This document shows, one piece after another, positions 60,785 to 62,835 of a stretch of DNA of 62,835 bases (position 1 is its first letter; the number at the start of each line of letters is the position of its first letter). The stretch lies in NCBI GenBank assembly GCA_046094425.1, contig JBJTHI010000158.1, forward strand, positions 1 to 62,835, given 5' to 3'. Below the pieces are notes generated by a model. It worked only from the letters and a program-made list of their open reading frames with translations. It made no database searches and was not told where the DNA came from. The position numbers and the translations under genes were made by a program. The stretch comes from Burkholderiales bacterium. GTDB lineage: Bacteria > Pseudomonadota > Gammaproteobacteria > Burkholderiales > Burkholderiaceae_C.

Positions 60785-61747
60785 ATGCTCAATGTGTTTT
60801 CGCTGGCCAATGGCCGCTTGTTCCAAGAAGAAATTGAAAGCCTAGGCGAACTGGCGCGTGCGCAGCCAGTGTGGGTGGACTTGGAGTCGCCCACGCCCGA
60901 GGAAAAAAGCTGGATCGCCCAGCACTTTGAACTCACCATTCCCGAAGACGCGGTGGATGACGACTTGGAAGAGTCCGCACGTTTTTACGAAGAAGACAAT
61001 GGCGAGTTGCACATTCGGTCTGACTTTTTGATCGACGACGATGTCACGCCGCGCAACGTGCGCGTGGCCTTCATCTTGCACCGGGGTGTTTTGTTTTCCG
61101 TGCACGAGGAAGACTTGCCCGTGTTTCGCCTGCTGCGCCTGCGCGCGCGGCGCATCCCGGCTTTGATTGAAGACGCCAAAGACGTGCTGCTCAAACTCTA
61201 CGACGCTGACGCCGAGTACAGCGCCGACGCCCTGGAAGGCATTTACGACAGCCTGGAATTGGTCAGCCGCCGCTTGCTTAAACAAGACGTGAACGACACG
61301 GCAGCAGGCGAGGCGCTGAACGCGATTGCCCGCGAAGAAGACTTGAATGGCCGCATTCGCCGTAATGTGATGGACACTCGCCGCGCCGTGAGTTTCATGA
61401 TGCGCAGCCGCATGCTCGGGGCCGAGCAGTTTGAAGAAGCGCGGCAGATTCTGCGCGACATTGACTCGCTGGATAGCCACACGACTTTTTTGTTCGACAA
61501 GATTAACTTCTTGATGAATGCCAGCGTGGGTTTCATCAACATCAATCAGAACAAAATCATCAAGATTTTCTCGGTGGCCAGCGTGGCACTTTTGCCGCCC
61601 ACCTTGATCGCCAGCGTGTACGGCATGAACTTCGCCGCCATGCCGGAGTTGAGTTGGAAGTATGGCTACGGTTTTGCCATCAGTCTGATGGTGGCGTCGG
61701 TGGCCGCGCCCTTCATTTACTTCCGACGCAAGGGCTGGTTGCGTTGA
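60785..61747 (+). CDS. corA: magnesium/cobalt transporter CorA
   Basis: YGMNF signature before the last TM helices. Confidence 0.93.
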   Translation: MLNVFSLANGRLFQEEIESLGELARAQPVWVDLESPTPEEKSWIAQHFELTIPEDAVDDDLEESARFYEEDNGELHIRSDFLIDDDVTPRNVRVAFILHRGVLFSVHEEDLPVFRLLRLRARRIPALIEDAKDVLLKLYDADAEYSADALEGIYDSLELVSRRLLKQDVNDTAAGEALNAIAREEDLNGRIRRNVMDTRRAVSFMMRSRMLGAEQFEEARQILRDIDSLDSHTTFLFDKINFLMNASVGFININQNKIIKIFSVASVALLPPTLIASVYGMNFAAMPELSWKYGYGFAISLMVASVAAPFIYFRRKGWLR

Positions 61748-61990
61748 ACCTTGTCACCGCAGGATCGATTGGGTTCAAGTTAGGGCTTGCAAAGTGCCAA
61801 CTATTCACGCCCCGTTTGTCGAGGCCTTTTACGGTTTGGGGCTTGAAAAGCCATCTGGACAGAAAAATCCATAAAAATCAAAAACTTATAGACTTGGCCC
61901 ATTACTTGCGTCTCTGAGTGTGAGTGCCGAATCGGCATCGGGAAAGTTTTCGTATCTAAACCATTCACGAATCAACAAGGAACAAAAACA

Positions 61991-62644
61991 ATGTTGCGTA
62001 CCGCAATCGCATCGGCCCTCTTGGGCGTGGCAACGGCTGCTGTGGCCGTGCCTGTCGTTACTGTCGGTGGTACCGCAGTGGCAGGGCAAGGTCAGTTCTC
62101 CAGCGAGTCCGGCGTGACCACACTCGATTTCAACGTGGGCAGCGTTTTGCCGTCTGGCGTGACATTGACGGCTGCAGCCAGCAATTTTGTGTCGGGCAGC
62201 CTGGCCGGCGTCTACGCCGCTCCTCCGGGAGATTTTTCGCAATACTTGACCGTGAGCCCCGCGTCCGGAACGCCTGTGTCCATCAGCTTGGCTACTGCTG
62301 CGAACTACATCGGTTTTTACGCCGGAAGCTTGGACGCCTTCAATCTGATTGAGTTCTACAACGGCTCGACCCTGGTGTCCTCTTACACAGGCAGTGATTT
62401 GGCCGCCTTGGCTGGCGTGCCCGCGAACGGGGATCAGTCCATTGGCCGTTACTTCAACGTATTTGAAACTGGCAACAGTTTCACCACGGTGTTGTTGACC
62501 TCGAGCCAAAACGCATTTGAGCTGGACAATTTTGCAATTGGCGTTGCCGGACCTCCCAGCCAAGTGCCACTTCCAGGTACTTTGTCGCTCTTCGGTTTGG
62601 GCCTGGTTGCCGCTGCGGTTGGCCGCGCCAAAGCAAAGAAGTGA
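61991..62644 (+). CDS. PEP-CTERM sorting-signal protein
   Basis: Signal peptide. The C-terminal VPLPGTLSLFGLGLVAAAVGRAKAKK combines a PEP-like motif, a TM helix and a basic tail. Confidence 0.85.
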   Translation: MLRTAIASALLGVATAAVAVPVVTVGGTAVAGQGQFSSESGVTTLDFNVGSVLPSGVTLTAAASNFVSGSLAGVYAAPPGDFSQYLTVSPASGTPVSISLATAANYIGFYAGSLDAFNLIEFYNGSTLVSSYTGSDLAALAGVPANGDQSIGRYFNVFETGNSFTTVLLTSSQNAFELDNFAIGVAGPPSQVPLPGTLSLFGLGLVAAAVGRAKAKK

Positions 62645-62667
62645 TTTGATTCTTAGTCCGCCGAAAG

Positions 62668-62702
62668 AAAAAGAGGCTTGAAAATTTCAAGCCTCTTTTT
62701 TA
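62668..62702 (+). terminator. rho-independent terminator of the PEP-CTERM gene
   Basis: AGAGGCTTGAAA-a-TTTCAAGCCTCT followed by a T-run. Confidence 0.8.
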
Positions 62703-62703
62703 T

Positions 62704-62835
62704 GTGCGCCCAGCATGGGCGCACTCCTGCGGGTGCAAGTCCCGCCACGAGCTGGTCACAGCGAGTGAAGTGAAGCGCAACTGCATGAGGGTGACCGAGT
62801 GTGGGAAGGAAGCGTGGAGCATAAATCGCGAGCCG
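62704..62835 (+). mobile_element. 5' end (domain I start) of a group II intron, class C-like, truncated by the window edge
   Basis: It starts with GTGCG, immediately after the terminator T-run. GTGCGCCCAGCATGGGCGCACTCCTGCGGGTGCAAGTCCCGCC closely parallels the start of the Oceanobacillus iheyensis IIC intron (GUGUGCCCGGCAUGGGUGCAGUCUAUAGGGUGAGAGUCCCG, recalled from memory). A later GGGAAGGAAGCG parallels its GAAGGAAGCGG. Confidence 0.6.

Overview
High-GC chromosomal segment with a gene content and order typical of a betaproteobacterium (Burkholderiales/Comamonadaceae-like; this is inference from gene order, no search was run). Most of the window is housekeeping. It holds azlCD, the pgk-pyk / fba glycolytic cluster, purC, purEK, tsaC, tsaB-rimI-udg, dacB, lptD-surA-rsmA, maeB, thiL-pgpA-pncC, holA-lptE-leuS, exbBD-dapB-bamE, fur, hprK-ptsN-hpf and corA, all densely packed with many ATGA/GTGA start-stop overlaps. 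No rRNA, tRNA or CRISPR array was seen.

The parts that are not ordinary are these:
- Both window edges cut mobile elements. An IS5-family end lies at 1..137, and the 5' end of a group IIC intron sits just after an intrinsic terminator at 62704..62835.
- A ~3.9 kb accessory islet is wedged between pyk and fba (about 4636..8525). It carries a frameshifted small ORF, a VapBC toxin-antitoxin pair, a fused wHTH-GHKL ATPase-STAS(DUF4325-like) protein, and an M48 metallopeptidase with a type IV pilin-like C-terminal domain.
- A 1420-aa single-polypeptide PD-(D/E)XK nuclease plus N6-adenine methyltransferase (type IIG/MmeI-PglX-like) lies after pncC, followed by a REP-like repeat cluster.
- The leuS-lptE-holA operon carries an in-frame TAG inside the essential leuS gene, and a 199-bp MITE-like element with 31-bp terminal inverted repeats between lptE and holA.
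- A signalling cluster at 55540..60577 contains a degenerate (His-less) histidine-kinase-like protein, a stand-alone receiver, a PhnD-like binding protein and a multi-PAS kinase.

My best candidates for an undescribed system are the pyk/fba islet genes (5895..8255) and the giant fused nuclease-methylase. Neither can be proven from sequence alone.
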